Source of the DNA: Phallusia mammillata
Lineage: Eukaryota
Direction of reading: 5' to 3'
Assembly: GCA_965637545.1 (NCBI GenBank)
Contig: OZ281496.1
Location: 28,024,001 to 28,088,000, forward strand
DNA length: 64,000 nt
Shown here: positions 38,815 to 51,791 of the stretch, one piece after another
How positions within the stretch are numbered: position 1 is the stretch's first letter
Layout: the number at the start of each line of letters is the position of its first letter
The notes under the pieces: model-generated
Seen by the model: only the letters and a program-made list of their open reading frames with translations
What the model was told of the DNA's origin: nothing
Databases searched by the model: none
Program-made: the position numbers and the translations under genes

Positions 38815-41800
38815 TCAGTAGGGTTGGAACTTTTCGCGTTTAGGCTTTCGTTTGTCTTTTCCGTTTGGAGAAGTGTCCCCGGCTGGTAATTCAACATCTG
38901 CGGTAAAATCCACATCGCTGCTTTGCGTGGTGGGTACACCGTTGCCAGACCGATAGCGGCCAACAGATCGGGGAGATGCAGTCGCTCCGCGGTGTTTACC
39001 CATCAAGGATCTCCGCGCAGATTGAAGAGCGACCCCGAAGTTGCCCACAGCTGAACCAAGTATTCCTCCCGAGGTGCCGATTGCGCCGCAGTTGACCAAA
39101 GGTGGAGGCTGACCTAGTAAACTGGGTATTCCACCGCTTGTTATAATTTGTGAGACCGGGAGTGCAGAAGGGGGTCGACTTTGGGTTGTAAACATGGAGG
39201 GGTAGGGTTGAAAGTGTTGAGCAGTAGGCTTTTCCGGGTTGGCAAAAGCCTGAACGCTGCAAACAGTAATTAGGAAAAAGCTGTGAAGATATTTGTCTTA
39301 ACAATTGCTATGTTTGAAATAACACATGAATACATTACAAGTACCAAAATATTTGATTTAAAAACAGACAAAACAAAACTCATTAATGAAAACCTAATTT
39401 TTCTTGATTAATATCCAAAGTAATATATTAATTAGCTTTAAAATTTTGAATATAGTGTGTCCACCCCTAGTTTGCAACATCTTTGTTAGTCCTATTTACA
39501 TAAAAAGGCCTAGAAAATAATAAACAAAACATACACTTAAATTATACAAATATAAAAACAGAGGTATGGTTTAGGTGTTTGGATGGACAAAGGAATATTG
39601 AGGTTTTCCAATGTATCCAGGTCTGGGAAACTGGACATAGGTGATATAGGAGTAGGAGAGTCTTCTTGGTAAGGAGAAACAGCCTAAGATGATGGTAGGG
39701 GACAAGGAATGGACTTACATAATCTTTCATGCAGGTACAAAGTTGAAGATAGGCTGGTTGGTTTGCAGTTGAAAGGGTGTTGTTGGTTCTGAAGCAAGCT
39801 TATGCTTGCTTAATCTTAAGTCAAGTTATTTAGCAAATGTATTAGTGGTTCTCTTGAAAAAAAAATTCCACACCAAGTAGTCCGTTTGCCCGATGCATAA
39901 AGGTTGGAAAATGCAAAAGCAGAAATAACTTTGGACTGTAAATCACCAAAAGTTTGTAATTACTCCTCGAAGCGGAATGTATTTGTCTCTTTCTACTGTT
40001 GGAAGTTTGGTTGTAGGATGTGTTTTGGTCGAGGTAGTGAATTGGTGGGTTTAGGGCAAAAGGGGGTGATGGGCTTTTGATCAATACTACCTTTTTTGTA
40101 CTGTCCAACTGTGTCAGTTTGTCCATCGTCCCAGAGTTTTTTAACTTACGTAGCAGCCACTTAGCAAACCATACTCTGCACTGTGAGAAATGATGCAGTC
40201 CTATCAATTAACACATAAATCCGCAATGATGCATGAGATGTAAGTTGTCAATCACCACAAGATAATCAAAAGAAGAATCACTGCCTATTTTTGTTTAATA
40301 ATAATCAAATTCCGTAATTTGGAAAGTCATACTACAAAATTGAAGTAAAAATATTGTCATGCAATTTTACAAAAACTTAAATCGTTGATGGCAGATAAAA
40401 ATAGCAAAATGCCTTTGTGTCTAATTTGTTTGTCCTGTATTTAGATTTGTAGAAAGTTTGAAGGTTTCAACAGTTTGCCTCCTTTTAACAGTTTTTCATA
40501 GGAGTTTTTGTTTTAAGGCAAAAGTAACACCTCTTAAGACAAGCTTATGGTTACATTGGGCATTTCATCTTGTTTAAACAACTTATTTACAGCAAAACAA
40601 AACTCATGCAAGTCTTACCTGAGATTTATAAGATACTGAGCTAAACTAATCGCCTCCGGACTTCCAGTAATGACAATTTTTCTGTCGATAACTGTTGTGC
40701 TTTCGCTTTTGATTCCTACATCCTCTTCATCCTTGACCTGGTTGATTTTGATCTGAGCTCCAGAAAGCATCCGGATTTCATTGATACGTGAACCACCCTT
40801 GCCAATAATGCAACCAACAATCTAAATACACAAGTGTCAAAGCGGTTGTATTTTATGCAACGTTCCAAAATAGCTTATATGGGAGATAAGTTTATTTTGT
40901 TAAAACATTGTGGAGCGTAAAACAGTGAAGGGCACAATTGGTGGATAATGGTTAAACATATTGCAGCTACACTGTATATTAAGGAAACCTACTACAAAAA
41001 TGTACATGTAATAAAGCACAATCACCATTTTTGGCATTGGTGTATGATAAATCAGATAGGTGCTTGAAATATCTTACATATGAAATGCATACAAATTCGC
41101 TTGCAGATTTAGTTCCTGCAGTGGAGATACATAAAGTCTCATCGAAATAAATAACGATTTTACTCACATCATTGCCCACAGTTAACTCTTGAGTGTTGGC
41201 ATTGACGATTCTTGCAGGAAAGTTGGTATTCCCTGAGATAGATGCTGTGCTTTCTCTAGAAGAGGACGGAGACATCCTGGAGCTCTCCCGACTCATATCA
41301 GTAAAGTTGCTCAAGTGTCTAGTTCGCTCTCTGCTTCTTGATGAACGTGGTTGTTGAACTGCTGTCTGTTGCAAAATAGAAATTTAAAACACACACACAC
41401 ACACACGCACACACACACACATTTAGATATACAGTAAACCTTGGTTAAACTGGATTAAGTTAATTTGGATCTTCACCTAATTCGGACAAAACTTGAGGTA
41501 CAAATGGTTTGGTATGTGGTAAGAATTGACATCAGTTAGGATTAACTTTACTGTAGGTTAATGTCATTCATTTTAACGTGTTTAGGCCAGTTGAATGCAA
41601 TGCAATCATTTTGACGTGGGTCCCTTGGGGTTTAGGTTACAGATTTTCTAAATGTGTGAACATTTGGAATGACTGCAGTATGGCTATAACTGCCTTCTGC
41701 ATTTTATCATTGTAATGCTTGTTTATTCAAAACTGATATTTTGTTGCTGGTTACCTCTTGACTTGGTACAGCAAACTGCCCATGAAGCATATAAGCTTGG

Positions 41801-43183
41801 CCCTCATGAAATATGATGGGAGTGTTTCCACCCTGTGGCTTGTATGGAACTGTTGCAGTTTTTGCAGGAAACTGTAAAATTAAATGCACACAAATACATT
41901 CATGGGGATCAGATAAATTACTAGTATGACCTAACATATTTAAGTGAACTTATAGACTACTATAGCATAGTAAACATAATTTATCGTGTTAATTACACAC
42001 CCACAAGCACTATTGCCAGGGCTTAACAGCTGTGTTTATTGAAACGCCCACACAATTTATTATGTGCAGAAAACAAGTATAGATTTTAACTGATTCAGGA
42101 AATGAATACAAGCAAAACAGTACCTGAATCATTACATCACACAGCATGTTAATGCAATGTATAATGGTTGTTGGAGCTCCACTTAATGTCACAGTTCGCT
42201 CTGATGAATTTGGTAACATTTCAGACTGAACTTGAATAGAACAACCAGTGGCCTGAGAATGGATAAAAGAAAGGATATTTAGAAAACAACACCAAGGTTC
42301 TTGCACTGAAATCTAAATACACGAAATGTATTTTTTCCCAATTTAAAACATGGAAAAGTCATGAACAATATTGTTAGATTTTTCATGCTACATATACTTA
42401 GTCAGACAGAAGTGGGTAGTTTTGGACCTTATCTACTTACATCTCTAATTTCCTCTATCTTACTTCCACCTTTTCCTATAATCGATCCACACTGGCTAGC
42501 AGGAACAATTAAACGAATAGTTACAGGAATCTTGTTGGTTGCACCACTTGATAAACCAGAGTTTATGTCCTAAAAATGCAACATATTTTGTCAATCACAT
42601 GTCAAAAACAACTGGGGGGCATTTAACCAACCTTGTGCAGTTTCTCAGCGATAAGATGAACCGCTTTGTGTATTTGTGACTGTGCACCACTTACAGTTAC
42701 AATTCTTTCTGGTGAGGCTTGTGCTGTTGAAATTGTTATTTTTGCTCCACTCTCTTCTCGAAATTTGGCTACATTTGAACCACCCTGATGGCAACAAAAA
42801 CAATGTACCAGTAACAGTAGACACTTAACGTAGCATCGCGACTTAGGATGCTCGATTGGTGCAAGTGATGTAAACGTGCACCAAGCGATGTAAAGGTGCA
42901 CCAGGCTATAGAAATGTGCAGCAAGCATTACAAAGGTGCACCAAGCACTATTAAGGTTTGCCAAGTGATATAAAAAGCAACATAAAGTTGCACCAAGTGT
43001 AACAACCGTGCAGTGATAATATTACTCCAAGCGATACTGTAAATTTTAGATGCACCGATGTCTTGCAGAACTGTTATGTAGGAGACATTCAACACCCAAA
43101 CATACCTTTCCAATGATTCCACCAATTTCCTTTCCAACCATGAGCATTCTAATAGTGATGATAACATCGCCATCATGGGCCAT
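38815..43183 (-). CDS. PCBP: Poly(rC)-binding protein (3 KH domains), 8 coding exons, about 482 aa from this ATG
   Basis: Exons 43183-43106, 42784-42632, 42569-42441, 42252-42124, 41871-41755, 41365-41168, 40821-40619, 39256-38815 join in phase. KH motifs GKEIGGIIGKGG, VPASQCGSIIGKGG, IVGCIIGKGGSRINEIR; C-terminus KPKREKFQPY resembles the remembered PCBP4 end. A short upstream coding exon (MDT.. near 43490) is possible. Confidence 0.9.
41389..41421. repeat. (CA)n microsatellite
   Basis: About 16 CA units with one interruption. Confidence 0.95.
41431..41554. mobile_element. Tc1/mariner-type MITE (TA-CAGTAAACC ends); relatives at about 56349-56505 and 59252-59342
   Basis: TACAGTAAACCTTGG .. 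TTTACTGTA; shared CCTAATTCGGACAAAACT(T/C)GAGGTACAAAT with the 56.35 kb copy; TATACAGTACACCTTG / CAAGGTTTACTGTATA at 59.25-59.34 kb. Confidence 0.7.
42855..43005. repeat. Degenerate minisatellite in a PCBP intron
   Basis: Repeated AAAGGTGCACCAAG-like units. Confidence 0.7.
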
Positions 43184-44237
43184 GATTTGTACACCAGTTA
43201 TACTAGATCTTAGAGTTGATTCTTGTTGACTTTTGAAACAATCACTTAAGCAGAAAACCAATTAACATCTTCTGTTTGCAAAAAAAGTTGGTCAGTCAGT
43301 AATAGTATAGTTGCTTTTGCTAGTTACGCTTACAAATACTTGTACTAAATATATTAAGTATTTAAAATGATTTTTTCAACATGGAGATTGGAAAGTAATA
43401 TCCAATAAAACGAAATGCTTACTGCCAAACTAAAACGTATTTTTAAATCAGCTAACAGCTATACTTTTCAAGTCAAGGGTAACGGTGTCCATCTATTCTA
43501 AAGAAACCTGTTACATCCCTTGCTGCTAGTTTGAATTTTGAAAGTTAAACTCAGTTGGCGATGGCTAATAAAAATGTGTCAGCCGTAGTAACACGCTAAA
43601 AACAAAGTCAAACCAACCACAATCACAATGGAAATCGATTGCAATTTGCAATCCAAACTTTATTGCCGAGACACAACAATGGAAATGCAAGTCAGCTGAT
43701 GACCTAATTATTTTAATGACAACGCATCTTGTGTAATATTAGAAAATATATTGACAAACCGTTAAAAATCTCCATTTCTTCGCAAAAATGTCGTTAAAGC
43801 TGTGTTTAAGCAATTTTGTGGAAAGATTTACGAGTTTTATTAAATTTTCTCAAGCGGCAAAAACTGTTTAAACATCAAGTCACGTGATGGAGTTGTTGAG
43901 TTCATCAGCTGATTTGTAAGATAAGAGCATGTGTTGGCATTTGGCAATTTAATTTGAAGGTTAAATAACTTAAAAACCTTGTGTTATTAATGTTCCCATG
44001 TTTTATTTTTGCAACAACGCAATGAAAAGCATAGATGACACAAAGTTTGAGCTCGCTATGAATTTTTTTTCGCGAATTGATGTTTTAGTTGGCTACGAGG
44101 ACTTGGCTTTGGTGTGATTGTGAAATTGTGTTTCTGTGATGACTGATGACGTTTGCGTTTGTTAATGTAACTGTTCCAGTTCCAGGAAAAATTGTAGCAT
44201 TTTTGGTAAGAAAACTCCTAAAATAGACTAATACATG

Positions 44238-44638
44238 CGACCACGTCTAAAACTGCCGGCCCACTTGGAGCACTTGGTCTTGGACCGCTTGGACCGCTTG
44301 GCCCACCCCTTGCAATTGAAAAACTGCGGGCCCGCTTCTAGCAAGTATAAAAACTGCGGGCCCACTATATATTCATTGCTTGGCCCGTCTCTTGCAGGGA
44401 AAAACCGCGGGCCCACTATATCCAGTGCTTGTCGCGTCTATCGCAAGAAAAAACTGCGGGCCCACTATATCCATTGCTTGCTGTTCAGATCTTGTCGAAA
44501 TCAAAATTGAATGACATGTGACAGGCGTGCCCTCGGCTTTATCAAGTCGGCCCGCAGCTTTTGTACTTGCATGAGGCGTGCCAACTGCCAAGTGCTGGGA
44601 CTAGCGGGCCAAGTGGGCCCGCAGTTTTAGACGTGACG
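44238..44638. mobile_element. MITE with about 30-bp TIRs and a 10-bp TSD (Mutator-like)
   Basis: TIR CGACCACGTCTAAAACTGCCGGCCCACTTGG vs reverse complement of the right end CGTCACGTCTAAAACTGCGGGCCCACTTGG; CTAATACATG at 44228-44237 and 44639-44648; four internal AAAACTGCGGGCCC repeats. Confidence 0.8.
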
Positions 44639-45125
44639 CTAATACATGTACACATGTGTGCTGCACTGCCACTGTGAATGATGTTAAATGGGTTGTTTCA
44701 TGTTTGTGCAGCGAGGGCAGCATGGACGCCAAGTGATTATACATTACAGTCTTAATAACTGCATCGGTTGTAAACCCGAACATCAGTTCTGCTTTACCAA
44801 ACCAACTGTAACAAGTATTTGGATTATTCCGTACATGACCACATATTGTAACGCTACATTGTTAGTGTGGTCACTGTAGTGCAATTGTTTAAGTACTTAA
44901 ACATATGTACAAGACTTGGTATGTGCAGATTAAGAACATGTAGTTGTGTACATCATATTTTATGTAATAATAGTTGTTTTGAATGTTTAATGTTTATTCT
45001 TATAGGTACACCAGTATGCATGTACAAGCCAATTTAAGTTATGCTGAATGAATGTTTTTCCTTTAATCTTGTGAAACTGGGTGTTTATAACTGAACTGCA
45101 AAAAAAAACACCTGTAGTATACAGA

Positions 45126-46745
45126 ATGCTACAAGACAGTGACAATTTGCATGAACACTGTGCACAATGCTACCAAAGGTTTTGTACAGATAATTCCATA
45201 AACCATTGTCCTGTTGAAGAATGCCCACACAATTGCGGTGCTATTTTTCATATTTGCAAATCAGAAGATCATGAGTTGATCTGTGATGAAGTCATTGTTC
45301 CATGTATTAATTCCCTTTACGGCTGCCCATTTAGCTTGGCTCGAAAAAAGATGGCTTGTCACTTATCCGTTTGCCCAGCTAGTACAGTTGTTTGCACAAT
45401 GGAATGGAGTAGAAACGTTGCTGAAGAAAATGAAGCCACACCAATTACTGACTTTGACCCATGTAAATTAAATGAGAGTAACATGGATGAAGTGTTAGCC
45501 ATCAATGATCAGTGTGCGGCATTGGAATGGATAAAAAAGTTCAAAGCGATAGACCAAGATGAAGAGAGTCCTGTCAAAGATTTGGAAAATACTAAAAATG
45601 CTGCTCTTAACTATAAGGACTATCAGCTCATGTTGTATTTAAAAACTGAAAAGGCATCCCAGTTCGAAGCCAATGACTACTCTGGTTATCCATACTTTGA
45701 CCCCACAACTATTGACAACTCTTCTGCTGGAGGTGCTACAATAGATACTAAAACTGACTCTGCAGAAACGGAAGTAACTGAATCAGCGGAATCAATACCA
45801 ACTGGCACCTTGCAAGGCATCGAGTTAGAATGTTACAGGCTGTTACAGCTCAACACACACAGAGACAAAGCAAAAGGCAAAAAACATGGCCATGCTATTC
45901 TTGAAGACATGGTTGAACAGCCATGTGGGGTGGTACTTGCCAGGCCAAAAACCAAAAATTGTTCTGTGCTGGCTCTGAAAAAAGTAATTGAGTTTTTACC
46001 ACGGTATGACACCAAACACGGAGGTATGTACACATTTATGTGCAATTGTTTATTGCGGCGTGATGAGTACTGTGCACATTATCAGAATTTTCACTGTGAT
46101 TTTCATAGCTCCTTAAATGGTTGGTTTGAGGAAAGATGCCCTTACAGCTCCTATGGATGCTTATTTACCAGACTAAGATTTAGTCCAAAATGTGGCAGCA
46201 AAATTGCCTATGACTGTCAAAGGAAGTGTATAGCTGTTCAAATGGAACAAACCATAACAGACTCCCCTTTAGAAGCTGATATTAGCTTGTTGAATCTTCC
46301 TTGGGAGGTTTTACTGAAGGTGGTGGCTTTTCTTGACAGCTACAGTATTGGACAACTATCTTCAACCTGTTTGTACTTGCGGAACATTTGCATGTCAGTG
46401 TTAAAAGAACGTGGAATTGTTGAAATGAAGTGGGAAAATTGTCAAGGGGAAAGTGGTTTTCAGTGGAAAACTACGGGTTTTACTTGGCTCTTTAGCAACA
46501 AGTGCACAACCATAACCAAGTTACAGTTAAACAAAGACCCGTTTATGTCCAACCACCTATTGTACTGTCCGTTTTCGAAAAAGACTGCTGATGTAAAAAA
46601 ATACGCAGAAGAAAGGCGCAGATTGTTAGGATCAAACGAAGTCAAAACTGTTCAAAAACTTAAGCCTGTGGCAGGTTATACACCCCCAGTTTACCCAAAC
46701 GACCCAAACTATGATCCTCCGCATCAGGGGCCAAGGTGGTTTTAA
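45126..46745 (+). CDS. FBXO30/40: FBXO30/FBXO40-like F-box protein with N-terminal TRAF-type zinc fingers, single coding exon, 539 aa
   Basis: First ATG of the 554-codon ORF is at 45126. HEHC..C..C, CGAIFHICK..DH.LIC..V.C.N..YGCP, CPASTVVC.MEW; C-terminal CNCLLRRDEY..H..NFH..LNGW.EERCP..YGC and F-box LLNLPWEVL..FLDS..RGIV..W. Confidence 0.9.
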   Translation: MLQDSDNLHEHCAQCYQRFCTDNSINHCPVEECPHNCGAIFHICKSEDHELICDEVIVPCINSLYGCPFSLARKKMACHLSVCPASTVVCTMEWSRNVAEENEATPITDFDPCKLNESNMDEVLAINDQCAALEWIKKFKAIDQDEESPVKDLENTKNAALNYKDYQLMLYLKTEKASQFEANDYSGYPYFDPTTIDNSSAGGATIDTKTDSAETEVTESAESIPTGTLQGIELECYRLLQLNTHRDKAKGKKHGHAILEDMVEQPCGVVLARPKTKNCSVLALKKVIEFLPRYDTKHGGMYTFMCNCLLRRDEYCAHYQNFHCDFHSSLNGWFEERCPYSSYGCLFTRLRFSPKCGSKIAYDCQRKCIAVQMEQTITDSPLEADISLLNLPWEVLLKVVAFLDSYSIGQLSSTCLYLRNICMSVLKERGIVEMKWENCQGESGFQWKTTGFTWLFSNKCTTITKLQLNKDPFMSNHLLYCPFSKKTADVKKYAEERRRLLGSNEVKTVQKLKPVAGYTPPVYPNDPNYDPPHQGPRWF

Positions 46746-47367
46746 TGCAGTGCATCTAGACCTCAAAGTTGCAGTCCAAAATGTGTGTTCATAAATGTTC
46801 ATGTCTCTACTGAATTGCCTCTACAAACTATTATGATGAGGTATAAACAGTCTGATAACCACAAAAGGTTTAGAAGCACTGTGAGTGGCCTGTGATGTGT
46901 CTGTGTACTAGCTGTGTACCAAGGAAAACTTGGTTTGTTTTAGTTTTAAAAAGTAATTCAAAGCAATCTTATGCTGCCTGGAGAAATATTGAAGTCATTT
47001 GCTTTTCCCTTCTTTTTGCTAATTGTTCAGTTCCGTTTAATTTTTATTTAAACTATTAAATGCACTTGTATGTCACAAGTTTCAAACCCACAACTGTAAA
47101 AAAAACTTTGTTTTTAGTATTATGTTTTTTCTTACTTAACAACCAAAAGTTCCTTTTTTCTGTGGATAGAAACTTATTTATTTTTTAGTTGTTGTTACTT
47201 TGTAACTAAAATGAATTTGTTTTCTGCTAAAATGTTTTGTAAAAAACTACTCTTTATTGTCAGCTGCACTGTTTCATTCAAAATTTCTATGTTACTTTTG
47301 ACAATTGCAGGGCCTGGAATAGTCTTTTTTTAAAGATTTTTTCCTAACTAACTTGACCCAGCTGATC

Positions 47368-50300
47368 ATGTCTGAGAACACTACACCTAACATTGACATA
47401 GATTCACCAAAATGGGACCAGTCCACGTTTTTTGGAAGACTGCGACATTTTGCTGCTATTACAGACATGAGAAAGTTGATGGCGTCTGAAAAAGAGCTTG
47501 ATGAAGCAAAGATCTTAGTAAATTCCTACAGGTACCTAATACTAGTACGTAAATATTGAACATGAAAATACAAACTATACTAACTTGTTGTGAATTTTAG
47601 TTGCCCCATTGATACAATTGCATTAGCTCAACTACAAATACTAAATCATAATGTATCATGTCTTTAAGAGGTGTAAATTGAAATAAGTAAAGCCCTGTGA
47701 TGAAGTTTTATTTTAGTTACATTTAAACATATTTGACTCACATGGGAATAGATTAAAACAAAGGGTTACTGAATGTTCATTTTTTGTGTTGGCAGGGCTG
47801 GTAACTGTCCCACTGGAGTCACAGAGGAAAACTTGTGGCGAGCAAAACATTTGTATGACTCAGCATTTCATCCAGACAGTGGTGATAAAATGAATTTGTT
47901 TGGTCGGATGACTTTTCAGGTGCCAGGAGGAATGGCTGTAACTGGCCTACTGTTGCAGTTTTACCAGTAAGCAAGAGCAAAATATTCTTGGATTCATTGT
48001 GATTTTATTTTTATCTGATGATGTGCAGAAAATACTTAAATCTTATTTCGGTCTGAAGCCAAACTTCAAACCCATTGTAGTTTCATCAACCTTTGTTTTA
48101 CTGAATATACTCTTTCAATTCTGTTGAAACTTAAATAATAATAACGTTGGAACCAGCGACTTAGCCGTATTCATAAATTACATACCAAGTCAAACCCTAT
48201 AATGTAGCTTGAACTTTCAGAATTCATTGAATTATTACCAACTTTGATCCAGTAATAACTATTGGACGGTGTCCAGTATACAAAGCCATTTAAAAAAAAA
48301 CTAAACTGCATTTATTACAAAACTACAATACATTTTGCAGAACACCTGGACAAGTTGCATTAATGCAATGGATTAATCAATCTTTCAATGCACTTGTAAA
48401 CTACACTAATCGTAATGCTGCATCAGAGACCACCACAAGACAGATGATGTTTGCATATGTTACTGCTACCAGCACTGCACTGGGTAAGTTTATTGTCACA
48501 TACAATTGTCATGTGTGAAATACAGTTTTATTTGTCAGGTGTTGCGCTGGGTTTAAATGCATATTCCAAACGAGCACCACCAATAGTCGCACGATGGGTT
48601 CCATTTGCTGCTGTTGCATCTGCCAATGCTGTTAATATTCCTTTCACAAGACAGAGGTATGTTACAACATGCAAAGTGTCCTGGTTTTATTTTTTGACAT
48701 TCCTTCCATGTGGACCCAAAAACCAAAAAAGTTGTTGGTTGTGTTTTTGTGGAAAAGAGCAAAAAATGGGTGTGACTTAGCACTTCAAGTGTAGTTGAAC
48801 ATAAGGTATTAAATAGTTGTGAACAAATGTTCAAGTAACAAAAAACTATCATACACCTTCCTTCATGACAACTTAATTTTAAAAAGCATAAATGTGTGTA
48901 GTGGTGGGATTCAAGTTTTTTGTCAACCAGTTGTATCACAAAAGTCATATTTTTCACCCAGCTCTGTTACAAAAAGCCATACTTCCATTGACAGCAACCA
49001 GTAATGCTAACCGGCTCGCTGATCTCATAAAATTTCATGAGACTGAATCCCACCACTGAATGTATGTCTTCTGTTGCAGTGAGCTGATCGAAGGTGTAAC
49101 CATAACAACTGAAGATGGAGAAGTTTTGGGGAAATCTAAGGTGATAAACAACACAATCCTTTTACTTTCAAAAACTTGAACTTTGCATTTTGTTTCAATA
49201 GAAATGTGCAAGAAAAGGCATCAGCCAAGTGGTTTTGTCCAGAATTGTTATGGCTGCTCCTGGAATGGGTATGTAAAAGTACATTTCAGTTTACAAAGTC
49301 TAGGTTGTTCTTCTTATACAAGGTGAACATCATATATTACAAACTGCTTTACCTTGATTGCTGTGTTCAGTAAAACACACCAGACAAAAAGATCCAGTTA
49401 AAAAATATTTTAAATCATACACATGTCCATATATATATATATAATGGATAAGGTCAGAAAAAAACACTTAGTTGTTCACCCTTTGCTTTTAAAAAATATA
49501 TATATATATAAGGCTCATTAGTCTTCCACCACCAAGCAACGGACTGGGTGATTCCATCTTTAAGTTACAATTACTAGTATCATGTCTATATAATTTATGG
49601 TTCCTCTAATTCTTGCAATAATTTAGCAAGTCGACCTATTTCCATATCTAAACTTAACAGACAGTTTTTGTTACTTAAAAATCTATATGGATGTGTTTCT
49701 ACTTAAAAAATAAAACTTGTTTGTAGTGTTTCTTCCGATGATTATGGAACATTTTAACAAGAAATCGTGGTTCCGACGAATGGCTTGGGCTCATTTGCCT
49801 TTTCAAACTTTGGGTGTTGGTGTTTTGTAAGTTGTATATTCATACTCAGTTGCTGTTGTTTTGGTTACCTTTATTAAATGTGTAACTTATGTTTTTCAGC
49901 CTAACCTTCATGGTGCCAACAGCCTGTTCTATATTTCCTCAAAGAGCGTAAGGAACAATATTGTTTTTTGCATTTCAATCCTTATTCATTTGTTAAAAAC
50001 AGTAAATGTAAATGTGTTACAGGCAATTCTGGAAATTAACAGTTTAAGTTTGCCTAGTATTTGTTTGCTATTTACCAGAATATGCCATAAACCATCATAT
50101 TTTCTTAACCAATTATGGCCTAGAGTTTGGGATTTAGTATTCAACAAAACATAATTTTAACAAAAGTAAAACAAAAAAATGAATTATGAATAAATGTTAT
50201 CATCTGATTTACCGAATATGAAGAACAAGTCTTGCATCTTTTTGTTATTTTTTACACAAGAATTAAATAAGTGATATGGTCACATTATGTCAAGAATAAT

Positions 50301-50558
50301 TGCGTAAGTATTTGAAGACACATTTGAGGATAAGACTTGATATATTTTTTGTATATTGGGGCCATTATGTTTGTCATACAAAGCACACATTTTGACAACA
50401 ATGTTGTGTAATGTTGGTATAAATGTTATGCAATGACACACTAGCATTTGTTTTTCAGGTCAATGTCTGTTTCAAAATTGGAACAAGATTTACAAGACTC
50501 TATAACAAAACAATATGGAAACAAAGTACAAAGTGTATATTTTAACAAAGGTTTATAA
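47368..50558 (+). CDS. SFXN2: Sideroflexin-2-like, copy a, 9 exons, 323 aa
   Basis: Exons 47368-47531, 47796-47966, 48341-48483, 48539-48656, 49080-49140, 49202-49268, 49727-49826, 49900-49947, 50459-50558. Motifs [54 protein letters not shown]-stop. Confidence 0.93.
48899..49058. mobile_element. hAT MITE family A, copy 3 (in an SFXN2a intron)
   Basis: Same body as copies 2 and 4 with a short internal deletion; TSD AATGTGTG / AATGTATG. Confidence 0.85.
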
Positions 50559-51791
50559 ACCTAGCATGTGTAACATGTTTGCAATTGTACTATTACGAGT
50601 AGCACACTGCCTCACATATTAGAAAATTTTAGACCAAACATCATTCATTTTTGAGCCAACATGATTTTTAGTACAGTTTTAGTCAATTTTTGCACCTTTT
50701 TAAAATTATGATGGTGTCTTTTTGGTCCTAAAGAGTGCTAAATGATTGTTAGCATGTTTACCTTGTGAGTTTTAAATGTGAACACCTCGCCATTTTAAAC
50801 AAGGAATGCTATTTTTTCTATACATTGTTGTGATTTTAGCAATTGTGTTAAGTGCCTTGTACTGTAATGGCAAATGAAACCTGTAACAGTGTGTTCGTTT
50901 TTTATCTTTGCTTCTTTGTTTTTGCTTATTGTTGGCAACGAAACAAACTAATTGAACATTATTTATTGATATAAACATGAACAACTTTACAAACTATTAA
51001 TTTGGTGTTTTTGTCACTGTTTTATTTTACCCAATAAAAGTTGTTACAAGGTGGAACTTGGTTAGCTGTTAAACCTGTTTACAATGTTCTAATATGGTTA
51101 TTGGATTCTGGTTTTTAAATTGTGCTAATCATTCCTTATTTTCTTTGTCAGGTTGTAATTTAAAAACTATCTCTGGTAACTTTTTTCATTGGCTGAAGTG
51201 AAGTAAGCTACTGGAAAAGTCTACCTGTTTTGGGTTACTGGAAAGATTAAATGGAATAAAAAAACGGGTTTGTTTTATTTTATTGGTTGCAAGATATTGC
51301 CAATTTATACACACCATACAGACACCTGCTTAGTAAAACTTTTTTTTAATCATTTTATGTTTGGCTTACTCTTGCTTGTTTTTAGTATTACAGTGTCATT
51401 TTAACATATTTTAAAGCTATACAGACCAACAACAAACTAAACATTTTTTCAAGTCTATGGAAATCCAGTATATATTGACAGGAAATACATGTGGATTTCC
51501 TGTATAACTCCAACTAACTGTATTTTAATCAAATAAATGCTTTATCCCTGAACAGTGTTCGTAGCAAGGAAACAGTATTTAACAAATAATAATGCTGTAT
51601 GTTTGAATAGGCTTACAAAATGGTATTTCATTAACACTAATAGCAAATCAACATTTCCACTAGAAATGAATATCAGTAATTAGCCCAGGATTTAATGTTG
51701 GGATATTGTTACTTCATTTCTTTATATTTAGGAATAACACCTCAAATGGCCCATTTTTTGACTACAATTAAGTAATTTTGACACCTCATCA

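Noticed and set aside
39842-40207. 121-aa minus-strand ORF in a PCBP intron as an independent gene
   Set aside because: Its frame is incompatible with the upstream phase-2 donor and it has no recognisable domain; only the 51-nt cassette is supported by splice signals.
44310-44470. Spaced 20-bp repeats superficially like a CRISPR array
   Set aside because: They are subterminal repeats inside a TIR/TSD-bounded MITE in a eukaryotic genome, with no cas genes.
45126-46745. Intronless CDS amid intron-rich genes suggesting a retrocopy
   Set aside because: Vertebrate FBXO30/40 also have most of their CDS in one large exon (from memory); no poly-A tail or TSD seen.
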